Assembly (NCBI GenBank): GCA_963796105.1
Contig: CAWCKJ010000004.1
Location: 1,216,001-1,280,000 of the forward strand
Source of the DNA: a candidate division FCPU426 bacterium
GTDB taxonomy: Bacteria > Oederibacteriota > Muellerivitia > Muellerivitales > Muellerivitaceae
Direction of reading: 5' to 3'
DNA: 64,000 nucleotides
The position numbers were made by a program, and so were the translations under genes. The first letter of the stretch is position 1, and each line of letters begins with the position of its first letter. Shown here one piece after another: positions 10,601-21,050 of the stretch. The notes under the pieces were generated by a model that saw only the letters and a list, made by a program, of their open reading frames with translations, did no database searches and was not told the DNA's origin.

Positions 10601-13038
10601 GAACAAATACTCCGACCAATACAGTGACATCCACACCCACGAATTCCCTGACTAACACAGCTACGAATACGACGACACCTACGTCATCGCCTACGCTCAC
10701 CGCTTCGCCTTCGGCAACGCCAACTCCAACTCAAACCCGCACAAACACTTCTACCAATACGGTCACTCCAACCCAAACACGAACGAATACTCCAGCCAAT
10801 ACAGTGACATCCACGCCTACGAATTCCCCGACTAACACCGCCACAGCTACCCTGACGAACACCGCTACCTATACATCCACTAATACAGCGACATCTACTT
10901 CAACCCCAACTAGGTCTAATACTCCGACCAATACAGCGACAGCCACTCCAACCAGGACAAATACATCGACCAATACTGTGACATCCACATTTACGAGTAC
11001 CTTGACCAACACTAGCACGAATACGGCGACCGCCACTCCCACCCCGACCAGGACCAACACCCTCACCAATACGCCGACTCCGACGAACACGAATACGCTG
11101 ACAGCGACAACTACCGCGACCAGCACCTACACGGGGACCGCATCCCCCACGAATACCTCCACGATTACTCCAACCAGGACATCGACACCTACCTCGACGA
11201 ATACCTCGACTTCCACGGCAACATACACTCCAACCAATACTTCCACGAGCACCGCCACCTTTACCAGGACCAACACCCCCACCAATACGCCGACTCCGAC
11301 GAGCACGAATACGCCGACGGTGACACCTACCGCGACCAATACCAACACAGGGACCACATCCCCCACGAATTCCCCCACTATTACTCCAACCAGGACCTCG
11401 ACTCCCACCTCGACGAATACTTCGACATCCACCCCAACCCCCACAGCGACGAACACCTCTACCATTACGCCGACAAGGACAGCTACTCCAACATCCACAA
11501 ATACCTTGACTTCCACGGCAACATACACTCCAACCAATACTTCCACGAGCACCGCCACCTATACCAGGACCAACACCCCCACCAATACGCCGACTCCGAC
11601 GAACACGAATACGCCGACAACGACACCTACCGCGACCAGCACTAACACGGGGACCCCCTCTCCCACAAACACGCCGACGGTCACATCCACCAACACGTTC
11701 ACCCACACGCCTACGAATACTTCCACCTCTTCCCCGACTCCAACAGTGACGAATACGTCCACTAGCACGCCTACGGCCACGCCGACTAGTACATCCACAG
11801 CCACTCAAACCCCCACCCACAGCGCGACAGCCTCCCAAACTCCAACACCTTCTTCGACATCAACTGAAACACCCACGAGTACCGCTACCTATACCAGGAC
11901 CAATACCCCCACCTATACCTCGACTTCGACGAACACGAATGCGCCGACGGTGACACCCACCGCGACCAATACCAACACAGGGACCACATCCCCCACGAAT
12001 TCCCCCACTATTACTCTAACCAGGACCTCCACTCCCACCCCGACGAATACTTCAACATCTACTTCGACCCCAACAGAGACGAATACATCCACAAATACAC
12101 CAACATCAACGCAGACACCCACGTTCACAACCACCAACACGCTCACTCAAACCCCTACCAACAGCCCGACAACCACCCGGACTCCTACGGCTACCTTAAC
12201 CTCAACTGGAACACCCACTGGCACGCCCACCTCAACCAATACTTCGACCTTCACCCCAACCGCGACAATGACTAACTCTTCCACTTACACACTCACGGTG
12301 ACTCTGACTAGCACGCCAACCTTAACATCCACAAATACCCCATCGAATACGGCGACATCCACATCAACCAATACTTCAACGAATACCCCCACTTCCACCC
12401 TGACGAATACGTTAACTAGCACACAGACGATTACCCCGACGGAGACATCTACGTTCACCAATACTTATACAGGGACTCAGTCGCCCACGAATACGCCCAC
12501 TCTTACGCCCACGCCGACTAACACACCTACTAAAACACCCACATCCTCCAATACCCCGACCCCCACGCCTACCAACACGCCTACGCCGACTCTTTCTGCG
12601 ACACTCACCGCCACCACGACGGTCACGAACACGATGACCGTTTCGGCTTCGCCAACACCGACTTTGACACCTACACCGTCCCCCACTACCACCCCCACGA
12701 GTACTTCGACGAACACTCCTATAGCTACCTTGACGGAAACCGCGACACCGGTTGGGAGAAATGGCGTGGTGGTTTATCCCAACCCGGTGAAAGGCCCGGG
12801 CCCTGTGACGATTCAGATCACCTTGACGCAAGAGGAACCGGTCGTTCGGGTTGAGATATTCACGACAGCTTTCAGGAAGGTGAATGAGATTGATCGCTAC
12901 CAGGTACCGGCGGGAGTGATCCTTGTGCCCATCCCCCTGTCGGACAAGGCGGGGATGCCCTTGGCTAACGGGCTTTATTACGTGGTGGTTCAAACGCCCC
13001 AGAAACGCATGATTACCAAACTAATAGTTCTGAGATGA
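7654..13038 (+). CDS. GH74 xyloglucanase-like enzyme + ~950-aa Thr-X stalk + T9SS-like CTD
   Basis: YARTDMGG and GDIGG catalytic Asp motifs, [26 protein letters not shown]...LANGLYYV...KLIVLR. Confidence 0.9.
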   Translation: MVLKNFLKRNNFQSFHAVHFRGMVPILLFALLSLPSSLLSQTYTWSNVTVPAGGFVAGIDYSPVSQGLLYARTDMGGFYRWDNTNSVWIPLTDMYGTSQYTYFGGESIAPDPKNGNVVYAAAGMYETNGDGVILSSTNQGNSWTVNTIAVSMGGNNDGREAGERLAVDPNLTSTLYFASRSQGLWKSTNTAASWAQISFPVNGDAGYGLSYVIFDTHGTSGTASATIYVGVDAMNSGNSNLYRSTNAGSSWTLITGGPTNMITPHASLGTDGTLWVVYDSGGYGPNNITTGQVWKLNTATLAWTNVTPPGPAGGSGGYGGICVDSESVSHVVVSTLDWWGGPDKIFNTTNAGSAWTTIGNENVGWNAAPFATYNLNSAEWTLFCGTNAGGTGWQGDVKIDPFNSNNAIYTTGGGVWSSTDILNATTSAITWTFTDYGLEETAVTDMITSAPGGIFFSAFGDIGGMRHPNLTQSPSLGMYCTPEFTNTNGIDFAESAPNTLVRVGNSGAITTDGAYSTNNGQSWTAMATLPETAYNEMQSVAISANGLTILAVPYSGHGNPSYSSNFGSSWTASSGLPAGAQIASDRVDSNIFYGLSGTTLYVSTNGGSSFSSAGTYAGSISWDNRPRPVFGIAGEVWVPTSTGLYRFTNVGLGTVTTTQIANVSNAINVGFGKADTGYTHPAVYLVGTVSGTYGFFRCDDGVGTTWTRINDANHQFGAAEFAAGDETVYGRMYVGTNGRGILHGDISTSGNTPTFTFTPTRTFSPTATGTSTYTRTNTPTSTLTNTPTRTFSPTATLTSTPTRTFTPTSTITNTQTNTSTNTRTNTPTNTSTPTPTLTSTNTRTNTPTYSVTNTPTNTATSTPTPSRTNTPTNTSTNTATFTPTPTRTNTPTNTATATLTNTSTNTATYSTTSTFTPTRTNTATNTPTATLTNSPTNTATYTATPTSTPTRTNTSTNTVTFTPSNTQTNTATPSATQTPTQTRTNTPTNTVTSTPTNSLTNTATNTTTPTSSPTLTASPSATPTPTQTRTNTSTNTVTPTQTRTNTPANTVTSTPTNSPTNTATATLTNTATYTSTNTATSTSTPTRSNTPTNTATATPTRTNTSTNTVTSTFTSTLTNTSTNTATATPTPTRTNTLTNTPTPTNTNTLTATTTATSTYTGTASPTNTSTITPTRTSTPTSTNTSTSTATYTPTNTSTSTATFTRTNTPTNTPTPTSTNTPTVTPTATNTNTGTTSPTNSPTITPTRTSTPTSTNTSTSTPTPTATNTSTITPTRTATPTSTNTLTSTATYTPTNTSTSTATYTRTNTPTNTPTPTNTNTPTTTPTATSTNTGTPSPTNTPTVTSTNTFTHTPTNTSTSSPTPTVTNTSTSTPTATPTSTSTATQTPTHSATASQTPTPSSTSTETPTSTATYTRTNTPTYTSTSTNTNAPTVTPTATNTNTGTTSPTNSPTITLTRTSTPTPTNTSTSTSTPTETNTSTNTPTSTQTPTFTTTNTLTQTPTNSPTTTRTPTATLTSTGTPTGTPTSTNTSTFTPTATMTNSSTYTLTVTLTSTPTLTSTNTPSNTATSTSTNTSTNTPTSTLTNTLTSTQTITPTETSTFTNTYTGTQSPTNTPTLTPTPTNTPTKTPTSSNTPTPTPTNTPTPTLSATLTATTTVTNTMTVSASPTPTLTPTPSPTTTPTSTSTNTPIATLTETATPVGRNGVVVYPNPVKGPGPVTIQITLTQEEPVVRVEIFTTAFRKVNEIDRYQVPAGVILVPIPLSDKAGMPLANGLYYVVVQTPQKRMITKLIVLR
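9901..12750 (+). repeat. Coding Thr-X low-complexity repeat (stalk/linker)
   Basis: Thr at almost every second residue for ~950 aa. Confidence 0.9.
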
Positions 13039-13090
13039 AGGCTTTCAGCAACTTCACCATCAAATCAACCAAATAATCGAAAGTTTTCAA

Positions 13091-13176
13091 GCCCCTGGTC
13101 GGAACCGGTCTGGCTGAATGATTTCGAGATCGACGGCTCCATGTTCCTTGACGACGACGGCAAGGCGGAATTGATC
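13091..13176 (+). pseudogene. Orphan ~85-bp fragment of a GH43 gene
   Basis: Reads PWSEPVWLNDFEIDGSMFLDDDGK, matching PWSEPVWLDDYGIDGSMFFDDDGK at ~38778-38851. Confidence 0.75.
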
Positions 13177-13566
13177 GTGGCTGGGCGGGGGATTAGGATA
13201 AGGGAAAGAAATGGGGAGTGTGGAACTAGGCGCTTATTTCCATTACCCTGTCCCCATTAAGCTAACCCAAACTGGCTTCAATGGAATGACCCCAACATGG
13301 AAAGAATCGTATCTTCATGGGCCTTACCCGCAATGCGCATGACTTTACATTTCCTGGTTTGAAACTCCTAAATCCCTGGTTTTGAAAGAAAGTCCTGCCC
13401 GCAGGGGTCGGAACCCTTACCCGAGGGAACATTGGTATAAAGGAGAGGGCTCTGGAGTAAGAAAAACCTAATATTTCAAGCGAATTTGGGCTCATCAATA
13501 AAAACGCTACCAACAATATAATGGGAATAAAGCGGCCACTCAAAAGGCTAATCTTAAGGAGGGTAT

Positions 13567-14130
13567 TTGGACGACCGGGAGTTGGTTCGGAAAATCCTCC
13601 AGGGGGATGAACAGGCCAAAACCCAGTTCTATCTCCAGCACAAGGAACGCCTTTACAAGGATAGCGTTTATCTGCTTGGTTACCGGGATCCGGAAGCGGA
13701 AGATTTGGTCCAGGAAACTTTCATGATCGCTTTCAAAAAGCTGCCGGAATTCGAGTTTCGGTCGGCTTTGGGAACCTGGCTCATGCAGATTTGCATTTTC
13801 CTTTGCTACAACCGGTACCGCAACAGGGAAAAGACGGTCGCGCGGGAAGAGGAGGAACTGGAAAATCTTTTACGCCCCAAGTCCCTTGAGGAGGCGGAGC
13901 GAAATTCCCGGGAAGATGACAAAACAATGAAACTCTGGTTGATCGACCAGGCTTTGGGGAAAATCGGGCCGGAATGCCGGGAGGTCGTGATCTTGAGGGA
14001 TAAGGAAGGAAAAACCTACATCGAGATCGGCAAGTTATTGAGGATTCCCCTGGGCACGGTGATGTCCCGGTTATCACGTTGTAAAAAGGCCCTTAAGGTT
14101 TTAATCGAACACATGATTCGGGAAGGTTGA
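13567..14130 (+). CDS. ECF RNA polymerase sigma factor
   Basis: AEDLVQETF, TWLMQI (region 2); EIGKLLRIPLGTVMSRLSR (region 4); RBS AAGGAGG, TTG start. Confidence 0.92.
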   Translation: MDDRELVRKILQGDEQAKTQFYLQHKERLYKDSVYLLGYRDPEAEDLVQETFMIAFKKLPEFEFRSALGTWLMQICIFLCYNRYRNREKTVAREEEELENLLRPKSLEEAERNSREDDKTMKLWLIDQALGKIGPECREVVILRDKEGKTYIEIGKLLRIPLGTVMSRLSRCKKALKVLIEHMIREG

Positions 14131-14131
14131 A

Positions 14132-14788
14132 ATGGCGGATTTAATCAAGAAATTTTTCGAGCGCGAGTTAAGCGGGTCCGAGGCGGACTCGTTGGGAAAC
14201 CTATTGAAGGAATCTCCCGACGATGCCTTGCGTTTCGAGAAGTTTTTAGAGGAACATTACCTGGCGACGGGGCTGCCATCCCCACAAGCGCCCCCCTCGC
14301 TTCAAAACCTTCCCGGGGTTCCGGGCGGCCTTGGCATTTCTGGTTTGAAACTTTTCGCGCTGTTGATCGCCGCGGGGATAGGCGTCCTAGCCTGGAAATT
14401 CTGGCCCGCTCCCGAGGCAGCCTCCCCCAAGGCCGCTTTGGCGCCGGTGGTACCGGTTTCGGAACTTCCGGCGAGGAAAATAACGCAATTCCTTCCCGAC
14501 GAGGCCAAGCCGTCTCCTGTCCCCGCCCAAAAAGCCGGCCCGATGGCGGAAGGGAATGAGCTTAGCGTGGTGGTGGAAGCGAAGGAAAAAGCCCTCGTGA
14601 CGGTGCGCGTCCTTGACGGACAGGGCGGGGAAATCCGCGATCTTTTTACCGGCTTCGTCCAGCCGGGCCGTTGGGCTTTCAAATGGGACGGAATCCTGAA
14701 CGGCGGCCAGCCCGCCCCCTCGGGGGATTACCAAATCGACGTTCAAACCGGCTCACTGCACCAGCACAAGAGCGTCCGAGTCAAATAA
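14132..14788 (+). CDS. Putative membrane anti-sigma factor with extracytoplasmic FlgD-Ig/CTD-like domain
   Basis: Starts 1 bp after the sigma stop; short N-terminal helical domain, one TM segment (FALLIAAGIGVLAWKFW), Pro-rich linker, WDG...APSGDYQI Ig motif. Confidence 0.7.
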   Translation: MADLIKKFFERELSGSEADSLGNLLKESPDDALRFEKFLEEHYLATGLPSPQAPPSLQNLPGVPGGLGISGLKLFALLIAAGIGVLAWKFWPAPEAASPKAALAPVVPVSELPARKITQFLPDEAKPSPVPAQKAGPMAEGNELSVVVEAKEKALVTVRVLDGQGGEIRDLFTGFVQPGRWAFKWDGILNGGQPAPSGDYQIDVQTGSLHQHKSVRVK

Positions 14789-14856
14789 TGATTGGCCCAT
14801 CGGGCATAAGTCCGTTCGCGCGTGACAGGTTTTAAGCGACGAAGTAATATAAATAG

Positions 14857-16299
14857 ATGACGATGATTGATTACTTTAAAAATCGTTTCCTGATATTCGC
14901 GTTCTTCCTTCTCCTCGCCAGCTGGGCCTTTCCCGCCTTCGCCCAATACAACGGGGACGGGCTCCAGGCCGTTTACTACAACAACCCCAACCTCACCGGC
15001 GCCGCCGTCTCCGAGGTGGACCCCAATATCAGCTACCGTTGGGGAACCTGCCCACCCCAACCGGGAATGCCGGTCTCCGGCTTCTCGGTGAAATGGACCG
15101 GCCAAATCGAGCCCTCTTACAGCGAGCCCTATACTTTCACGACCGACGTGACGGGCGGGGTGAGTGTCATTGTCAACGGCACTGCGGTGATCAGCGGCTG
15201 GACGGATGGAATCTTCCGGGGAATCACGGGAAACATCCCCTTGACGGCGGGGGTGAAGGTTCCCTTGGAGGTTGATTATTTTTTTGGGGGGGCGGTCACG
15301 AATTCCTCGTTCATCCAATTTGCATGGCAAAGCCCCTCCCAGGCTAATGTCATGGTACCCCGGGCTTTTCTGTTTTCAGGCAATCCGCTTCAGCCCACCC
15401 CCACCCCCCAATCCGCCTCGGCCTGCCAATCCAGCCCCACCGTGGACGGGGTCTTGAGCGAATGGGCCTGGAGCCCTCCACCGCCCTGGAACATGGTGAA
15501 TAAGACCGTCCTGGGCGATGCCTTCGGCGCGAGCGCCCAGTTCAAGGCCCTGTGGGATATGACCAACCTCTATCTTGGCGTGACCGTCACCGACAGCCAG
15601 CCCACCAACAACGGGGACCCGGATCTTTTTGAAAACTCGACAGTGGAGCTTTACCTGGACACCACCGACTCCAGGAGCGTCACGGTCACCAGCAACAATT
15701 TCCAATATTTCTTCAGGTGGAACGACTCGGCGGCCGTCGAGTCCCGCGGGAGGACCGCCGGAGTGAGCCTGCGCACGACGACGATACCGGCAGGCTATGT
15801 GGTGGAGGCTTCCATCCCCTGGTCCACCCTGGGACTAGGGTATCCCAATCCCGGACTGGTACTGGGCTTCGACGTAGGCGTGGACGTGAACCACAACGGG
15901 GGGAACTGCCGGGATGGGCAGTTGATGTGGAACGGAGGAAGCGACAATTACGAGAACGCGAGCGGTTACGGCAACTTGACCCTGGGAACGGCCTGCCCCA
16001 CACCCGCCTCCACCCCGCCCGCGCCCATGAACCCCTATGTGGCTCCCAACCCCTCGAACGGAACCTCGGTGAAGTTCGTCTACGAGATGGCCGAGGCGGG
16101 TACGGCCGACATCAAGGTTTGGAACGCCTGGGGTAACTTGTGCGCGGCGATCCACGATGCCCAACCCCAGGGGCTCGCTTCCAGCGTCCTGGATGTCAGT
16201 TCCTTCGCGCCCGGCCATTATTTCTACCGGGTGGTTTTGAATTACCCATCGGGCCGGCAGGATAAATACCAAACACAAGTTATGGCGATTAAGAAATGA
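14857..16299 (+). CDS. Secreted non-catalytic PA14 + CBM9-like protein with T9SS-like CTD
   Basis: GLQAVYYNN..FSVKWTGQI (PA14); TVDGVLSEW, LWDMTNLYLGV, YVVEASIPW, GFDV (CBM9_1); APNP...APGHYFY CTD. Confidence 0.8.
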   Translation: MTMIDYFKNRFLIFAFFLLLASWAFPAFAQYNGDGLQAVYYNNPNLTGAAVSEVDPNISYRWGTCPPQPGMPVSGFSVKWTGQIEPSYSEPYTFTTDVTGGVSVIVNGTAVISGWTDGIFRGITGNIPLTAGVKVPLEVDYFFGGAVTNSSFIQFAWQSPSQANVMVPRAFLFSGNPLQPTPTPQSASACQSSPTVDGVLSEWAWSPPPPWNMVNKTVLGDAFGASAQFKALWDMTNLYLGVTVTDSQPTNNGDPDLFENSTVELYLDTTDSRSVTVTSNNFQYFFRWNDSAAVESRGRTAGVSLRTTTIPAGYVVEASIPWSTLGLGYPNPGLVLGFDVGVDVNHNGGNCRDGQLMWNGGSDNYENASGYGNLTLGTACPTPASTPPAPMNPYVAPNPSNGTSVKFVYEMAEAGTADIKVWNAWGNLCAAIHDAQPQGLASSVLDVSSFAPGHYFYRVVLNYPSGRQDKYQTQVMAIKK

Positions 16300-17603
16300 A
16301 GACATTCCCTAGGCGCGGTTGGCGCCTATGTCTCCTCGCCTTTCTGGGAGCCATTGTTGTTATCGGGGTCAACCCCGGATATTCCCAGGCGTCCGCCTCC
16401 AACGCCGGGCTGGTTACCCCCTTGACCGCTTTGGGCGCCTCGGCCCGGACGGATGCATTGGGGTCGGCCTTTACGGGCGTCGCGGACGATCCTTCCGCGT
16501 TGTTTTTTAACAGTGCGGGACTCGCGGGCCTGGACCACGCCCAGCTCAGCCTCAACCACAACAGCTACCTGGGAGGAGCCTTCGAGGAAACCCTCCTCCT
16601 CGGGCTTCCCGCCGGCAATGGGGGCGGCTTCGCGGGGGCGGTCCAGTATGTTTTCTGGGGCAGCCTGGACGCGCGCGACACCTCGGGCGTCCAGGAGGGG
16701 ACATTCAGCGACAATGACGTGGCATTGAGTTTTGGATGGGCCAGGGAATGGGCCAAGGGTTTTTCCCTGGGCGTGGCCCTTCATGGCACCCAGCAAAAGG
16801 TGATGGATTCGATTTATAGCAGCTTCTCGGGAGACCTGGGGGCTCTGTGGGTCCCCGCCCCGGATTGGCGCCTGGGTTTGGCTTACTCGGGTTTGGGAAC
16901 GCCGGTCGCGGGCCAAAGCCTGGCTACCGATCTCAAGGGCGGATTTTCCTACCGGTTTAAATTGAGCAGGGTTGACAGCCTGTTAACGGCCTTTTCGGGA
17001 TTCTATGAACCCAACGGTGTCAGCCGGCTCCAGGGCGGGGTGGAAGCGGCGTTCCAAAAGAACTACTTCCTGCGCGTGGGTTACCAATTGCCGTTATCCG
17101 ACAACCAAATCATGGGTTTCGACAATTTCACCGCGGGTGCGGGCATCCGCTTGGGCGCCCTGATCCTCGACTATGCCTTTGTTCCCTATGGGGACCTGGG
17201 AACCTCCCACCGGATCAGCCTCTCTTATGATTTCCCCAACCCCACCCCGGTGCCGGCCAAGAGCGTCACGGTGGTGCTGACACCCATCCCCACTCCCATG
17301 CCGACGGCCGCCCCCTCTCTTTCCAAATCATCCGTGGAGGTGCGTTTTGAACTTCCCCTGGGAACTACGGTGGAGGTTACGAGCCCCGAAATCAGGACCC
17401 AGGTGGAACAATACGAAAAGGCCGCCGAAGCCAATCCTCACGACGCCACGGCCTGGCGGAATTTGGGGGTGGTTTATTGGAAGACAGGGCGGCAGGACCT
17501 GGCCCAGCAAAGTTTTGAGCAGGCGCTTCGGTTAAACCCCTCAGACACCAAGCTGAAGGCCTGGCTCGACCAGCACCAGGCAAACCAACCCGCGATTAGG
17601 TAA
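16296..17603 (+). CDS. PorV/PorQ-like outer-membrane beta-barrel with C-terminal TPR
   Basis: GASARTDALGSAFTGVADDPSALFFNSAGL N-terminus, FLRVGY, LDYAFVPYGDLGTSHRISL barrel end; TPR AWRNLGVVY...FEQALRLNP. Confidence 0.8.
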   Translation: MKTFPRRGWRLCLLAFLGAIVVIGVNPGYSQASASNAGLVTPLTALGASARTDALGSAFTGVADDPSALFFNSAGLAGLDHAQLSLNHNSYLGGAFEETLLLGLPAGNGGGFAGAVQYVFWGSLDARDTSGVQEGTFSDNDVALSFGWAREWAKGFSLGVALHGTQQKVMDSIYSSFSGDLGALWVPAPDWRLGLAYSGLGTPVAGQSLATDLKGGFSYRFKLSRVDSLLTAFSGFYEPNGVSRLQGGVEAAFQKNYFLRVGYQLPLSDNQIMGFDNFTAGAGIRLGALILDYAFVPYGDLGTSHRISLSYDFPNPTPVPAKSVTVVLTPIPTPMPTAAPSLSKSSVEVRFELPLGTTVEVTSPEIRTQVEQYEKAAEANPHDATAWRNLGVVYWKTGRQDLAQQSFEQALRLNPSDTKLKAWLDQHQANQPAIR

Positions 17604-17803
17604 AAGGTTTTAACTCTCCGATAAAAACCAACGGTCTTTTCATTGGTTTTTCGTTTCACCGAGATTTTTATTTTATTTTAGGGAATAAACTCCCATCCCC
17701 CCAACACAAATCCTTTGGACGGGTATGTGTTCACGCCTGAAAGCGGGAACGACTGTCCGGGGTCGTTTAAGGCCCCAACATAAGACAATTTGAGGGGGAC
17801 ACC

Positions 17804-20800
17804 ATGAAAGGTCGTCATTTTAGCTTGAAACGTTATATACCGGTTATCGGGACCCTGTTCCTATGGGTCCTCACCCTTGGATTTTCCTGGGCCGGAACCT
17901 GCACGGTGGACGCCACCCAGACGAACCAATATATCCATTGCATCGGGGCCTCCAGCGCCTGGAGCGCCATCGGCAGCATGGGTCAAGCCCTCTTCGCCGA
18001 AGACAACGTGAATGGTCACATCGGGATTAGTTCCCTTAGGGCCAGGATCGACCCCAATAACAGCTTCTCGTCCGAAGTGAACCAGTTGGCGACCGCCCAT
18101 TCGGTCAATTCCAATGTCCTTCTATGGGCCACCGAGTGGTCTCCCCCGGCCCAATACAAGGCTAACAACAACGTCGATGGCGGGTCCAGCAACGATACCT
18201 TTTTGGGCGCCAGTTCCGGTTCCCCCAACAGCGCCGACACAGGGTTGGCTTCTTACCAAGTCTCGTTCATCCAATATTGCCAAAGCCATGGCGCCCCCCT
18301 TTACGCCCTTTCCATCCAGAACGAACCTAACTTCAACCCCACTTATGAAGCCTGTCTTTGGACGGCGGGGCAGTTTGATGTTTACGCAAATGCTTTCCAT
18401 AGCGCCCTCCAAAGCGCCGGTCTTTCGACCAAGATCATGCTCCCTGAGCCGGACAACACGGGGGGGATGAACCTAGCCTCGACCGCCATGGACGACTCTA
18501 CCGTGGCCCCCATGATCGGTATCATCGGGACCCATCTATATGGTTCCCCCGATCCGGCGCCCCTTTCTTCCTACGGCTTCACCCATGTGACGAACCAGGA
18601 ATGGTGGGAAACCGAGATGTCCGGGAATTCCACCGATATTCCGGGCGCGTTGCAGGAAGCGGGTTGGATCCACAACTCCCTGGTCAATTCCAATATGAAC
18701 GCTTTTCACTATTGGTGGCTCACGGACCTGATCAGCGGCAGCAGCTTCACCATCAAGGCCTATGCCTTGGGCAATTACAGCAAGTTCATCCGCCCCGGCT
18801 ATTACCGCATGGGCGCGACAGCGGTGCCCTCTTCCGGAGTGTCCGTGAGCGCTTTCAAGAACACGAATACTTCCTCGCCCCAGACGATCGTTTTCGTCGC
18901 CATCAACGGGAACAGTTCCTCCGTGAACCAAACCTTTTCGTTCAATGGGGTGAACGTCACGTCGGTAACCCCTTGGGTGACGGATAGCAGCAATAACCTG
19001 GTCGCGAAATCCCCCGTGGCCGTCTCAGGCGGCAGCTTCACTTATTCCTTGACCAGCTCCAGCATCACGAGTTTCGTGGGCGTGGTGAGCGGCGGCACCC
19101 CCGTCCCCACCGCCACTCCGACGTTCACTCCCACCCCGATCGTCTCTTCCACCTGGCGAGTCAACGCCGGGGGGCCGGCCTATACCGGTACCACGGGCCT
19201 TCTTTGGGCCGCGGATGAGAACTACAGCGGCGGATCCACCGCCGCGGAGGGTGGGGCCGTCACGGGCACTTCCGATTCCACCCTTTACGATACCCAGCGC
19301 TACGGCAGTAATTTCAGCTATTCGTTCAACGTCCCTGCCGGCGCCTACCAGGTCACCCTGAAATTCGCCGAAACCTATTCGGGTGATTTCGCGAACGGGG
19401 ACAGGGTTTTCAACGTCGCCATCAACGGAACAACGGTGTTAGCGAACCTGGACGTTTACTCGCAAGTGGGCGCCAACACGGCGGACGACAAGGTGATCAA
19501 CAATGTCTCCCCCAGCGGGGGAGTCATTACCATCCAGTTCACTGGAACTTCCAGCGCGGATACAAGCGCCATGGTGGAAGCCATCCAGGTCATTCCACAG
19601 CCGGCCACGCCGACGTCCACCTTTACGCCCACTTTAACCCGTACGGGGACGCCGACCTTTACCGCCACTCCGGCGGTAACGAATACGGCGACCTTCACTA
19701 GGACGAATACGGCAATCCCTCCGACGGCCACGAACACGAACAGTCCGGTTCCGCCGACCATTACCAACACCCCGGCGCCGCCGACGGTGACAAACACCCC
19801 GGCCCCACCTACGGCTACTGGCACGAACACGCCTGTGCCGCCCACGGCAACTAGCACGAACAGTCCGGTGCCGCCAACCATTACCAACACCCCGGCGCCC
19901 CCAACGGTGACGAATACGCCTGCTCCGCCTACGGCCACGTCCACCCGGACGAACACCCCGGTGCCGCCGACGGCCACGCCGACCGCAGTGGTTTCGGGCG
20001 CCAGCTTTGAGGTGCAGTTGTTGAGCTCCGTGACGTCCGCCACTACCAACAGCCCCCACCCCCAGATCCAGATTGTGAACACAGGGAGCGGGCCGTTGTC
20101 CTTGAACTCGGTGACCGTCAGGTACTGGTTCAATTGCGATTGCACCACCCAAACCATCCAGGCCTGGGTGGATTGGGCGGGTTTGGTACCCAGCGGTTCG
20201 ACCGTCTCGTCCAACGTGAAGGTGTCGTCGCAGTCGACCACCCTGGGAGGCCAGACCAGCTACATCCTGTACTCCTTCTCCGGCAACATGGTTCTTCAGC
20301 CGGGGCAGGCGATCCAGGTGCAAAGCCGGTTCAACAAGAGCGACTGGAGCAACTTTACCCAGTCCGAAGACTGGAGCTACGCGGCCAACACCAGTTACGC
20401 CAATGACTCCAAGGCCACGGGATACGTGAACGGCGCCCTGGTATGGGGCCAGGAGCCCTCCGGGACAGCCGCCAGCATGTCGGTTTCGAACGTGGCGGTC
20501 CAAACCCCGGCCGCGGGCCAAGGGTTATCGGTGAAGGCTTATCCGAACCCCTCCGCGGGCAATGGGGTCAACTTGTCGGTTACCCTTCCCGGCAATGGCG
20601 GCGGGGTTTCGGCCAGCGTCATGGCCAAGGTTTACACCCTGGAGGGCCGGTTGGTCTGGTCCACGGCAATGCCGGCTTCTTCCTCTGGCTCATCGGGCAA
20701 CCGTGCGGTTTATTGGAACGAGAAGGACCTGTCGGGGAATAACCTGGCCAACGGTCTTTACGTTGTGGCGGTTGTGGTGAAGTCCCAGGGAAAGACCAAT

Positions 20801-20833
20801 ACCGCCACGTTTAAACTTTTGATTCTGAAATGA
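17804..20833 (+). CDS. GH30 xylanase-like enzyme + malectin + PT linker + CBM3 + T9SS-like CTD
   Basis: WSPPA, SIQNEP, WETE, YSKFIRPGY; malectin WRVNAGG; CBM3 VTVRYWF..RFNKSDWSNFTQSEDWSY..LVWGQEP; AYPNP CTD. Confidence 0.87.
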   Translation: MKGRHFSLKRYIPVIGTLFLWVLTLGFSWAGTCTVDATQTNQYIHCIGASSAWSAIGSMGQALFAEDNVNGHIGISSLRARIDPNNSFSSEVNQLATAHSVNSNVLLWATEWSPPAQYKANNNVDGGSSNDTFLGASSGSPNSADTGLASYQVSFIQYCQSHGAPLYALSIQNEPNFNPTYEACLWTAGQFDVYANAFHSALQSAGLSTKIMLPEPDNTGGMNLASTAMDDSTVAPMIGIIGTHLYGSPDPAPLSSYGFTHVTNQEWWETEMSGNSTDIPGALQEAGWIHNSLVNSNMNAFHYWWLTDLISGSSFTIKAYALGNYSKFIRPGYYRMGATAVPSSGVSVSAFKNTNTSSPQTIVFVAINGNSSSVNQTFSFNGVNVTSVTPWVTDSSNNLVAKSPVAVSGGSFTYSLTSSSITSFVGVVSGGTPVPTATPTFTPTPIVSSTWRVNAGGPAYTGTTGLLWAADENYSGGSTAAEGGAVTGTSDSTLYDTQRYGSNFSYSFNVPAGAYQVTLKFAETYSGDFANGDRVFNVAINGTTVLANLDVYSQVGANTADDKVINNVSPSGGVITIQFTGTSSADTSAMVEAIQVIPQPATPTSTFTPTLTRTGTPTFTATPAVTNTATFTRTNTAIPPTATNTNSPVPPTITNTPAPPTVTNTPAPPTATGTNTPVPPTATSTNSPVPPTITNTPAPPTVTNTPAPPTATSTRTNTPVPPTATPTAVVSGASFEVQLLSSVTSATTNSPHPQIQIVNTGSGPLSLNSVTVRYWFNCDCTTQTIQAWVDWAGLVPSGSTVSSNVKVSSQSTTLGGQTSYILYSFSGNMVLQPGQAIQVQSRFNKSDWSNFTQSEDWSYAANTSYANDSKATGYVNGALVWGQEPSGTAASMSVSNVAVQTPAAGQGLSVKAYPNPSAGNGVNLSVTLPGNGGGVSASVMAKVYTLEGRLVWSTAMPASSSGSSGNRAVYWNEKDLSGNNLANGLYVVAVVVKSQGKTNTATFKLLILK

Positions 20834-21050
20834 AGGTTTTTACAAACAGTTGAAGTAGTCCCCGGATAACCTCCTGGGGTACGTGAAAGTCACGCCAGTG
20901 AAAAAAAGAGTTTCCTGGCTGGGACTGAAGCGCTCCCCTGGAGGTTTTTGGGTTTCAGAACAGCGGATAAAGAAATACTACATAGAGTCAGAGCAGGTTG
21001 AATAAAAGTCTTTCCAAACGGGTTGAAAAGAAAATTTTAAGGAGTCGTGG

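Noticed and set aside
13091..13176. GH43 fragment as a DGR template repeat
   Set aside because: Mismatches to the GH43 gene are not adenine-specific and no reverse transcriptase is in the window
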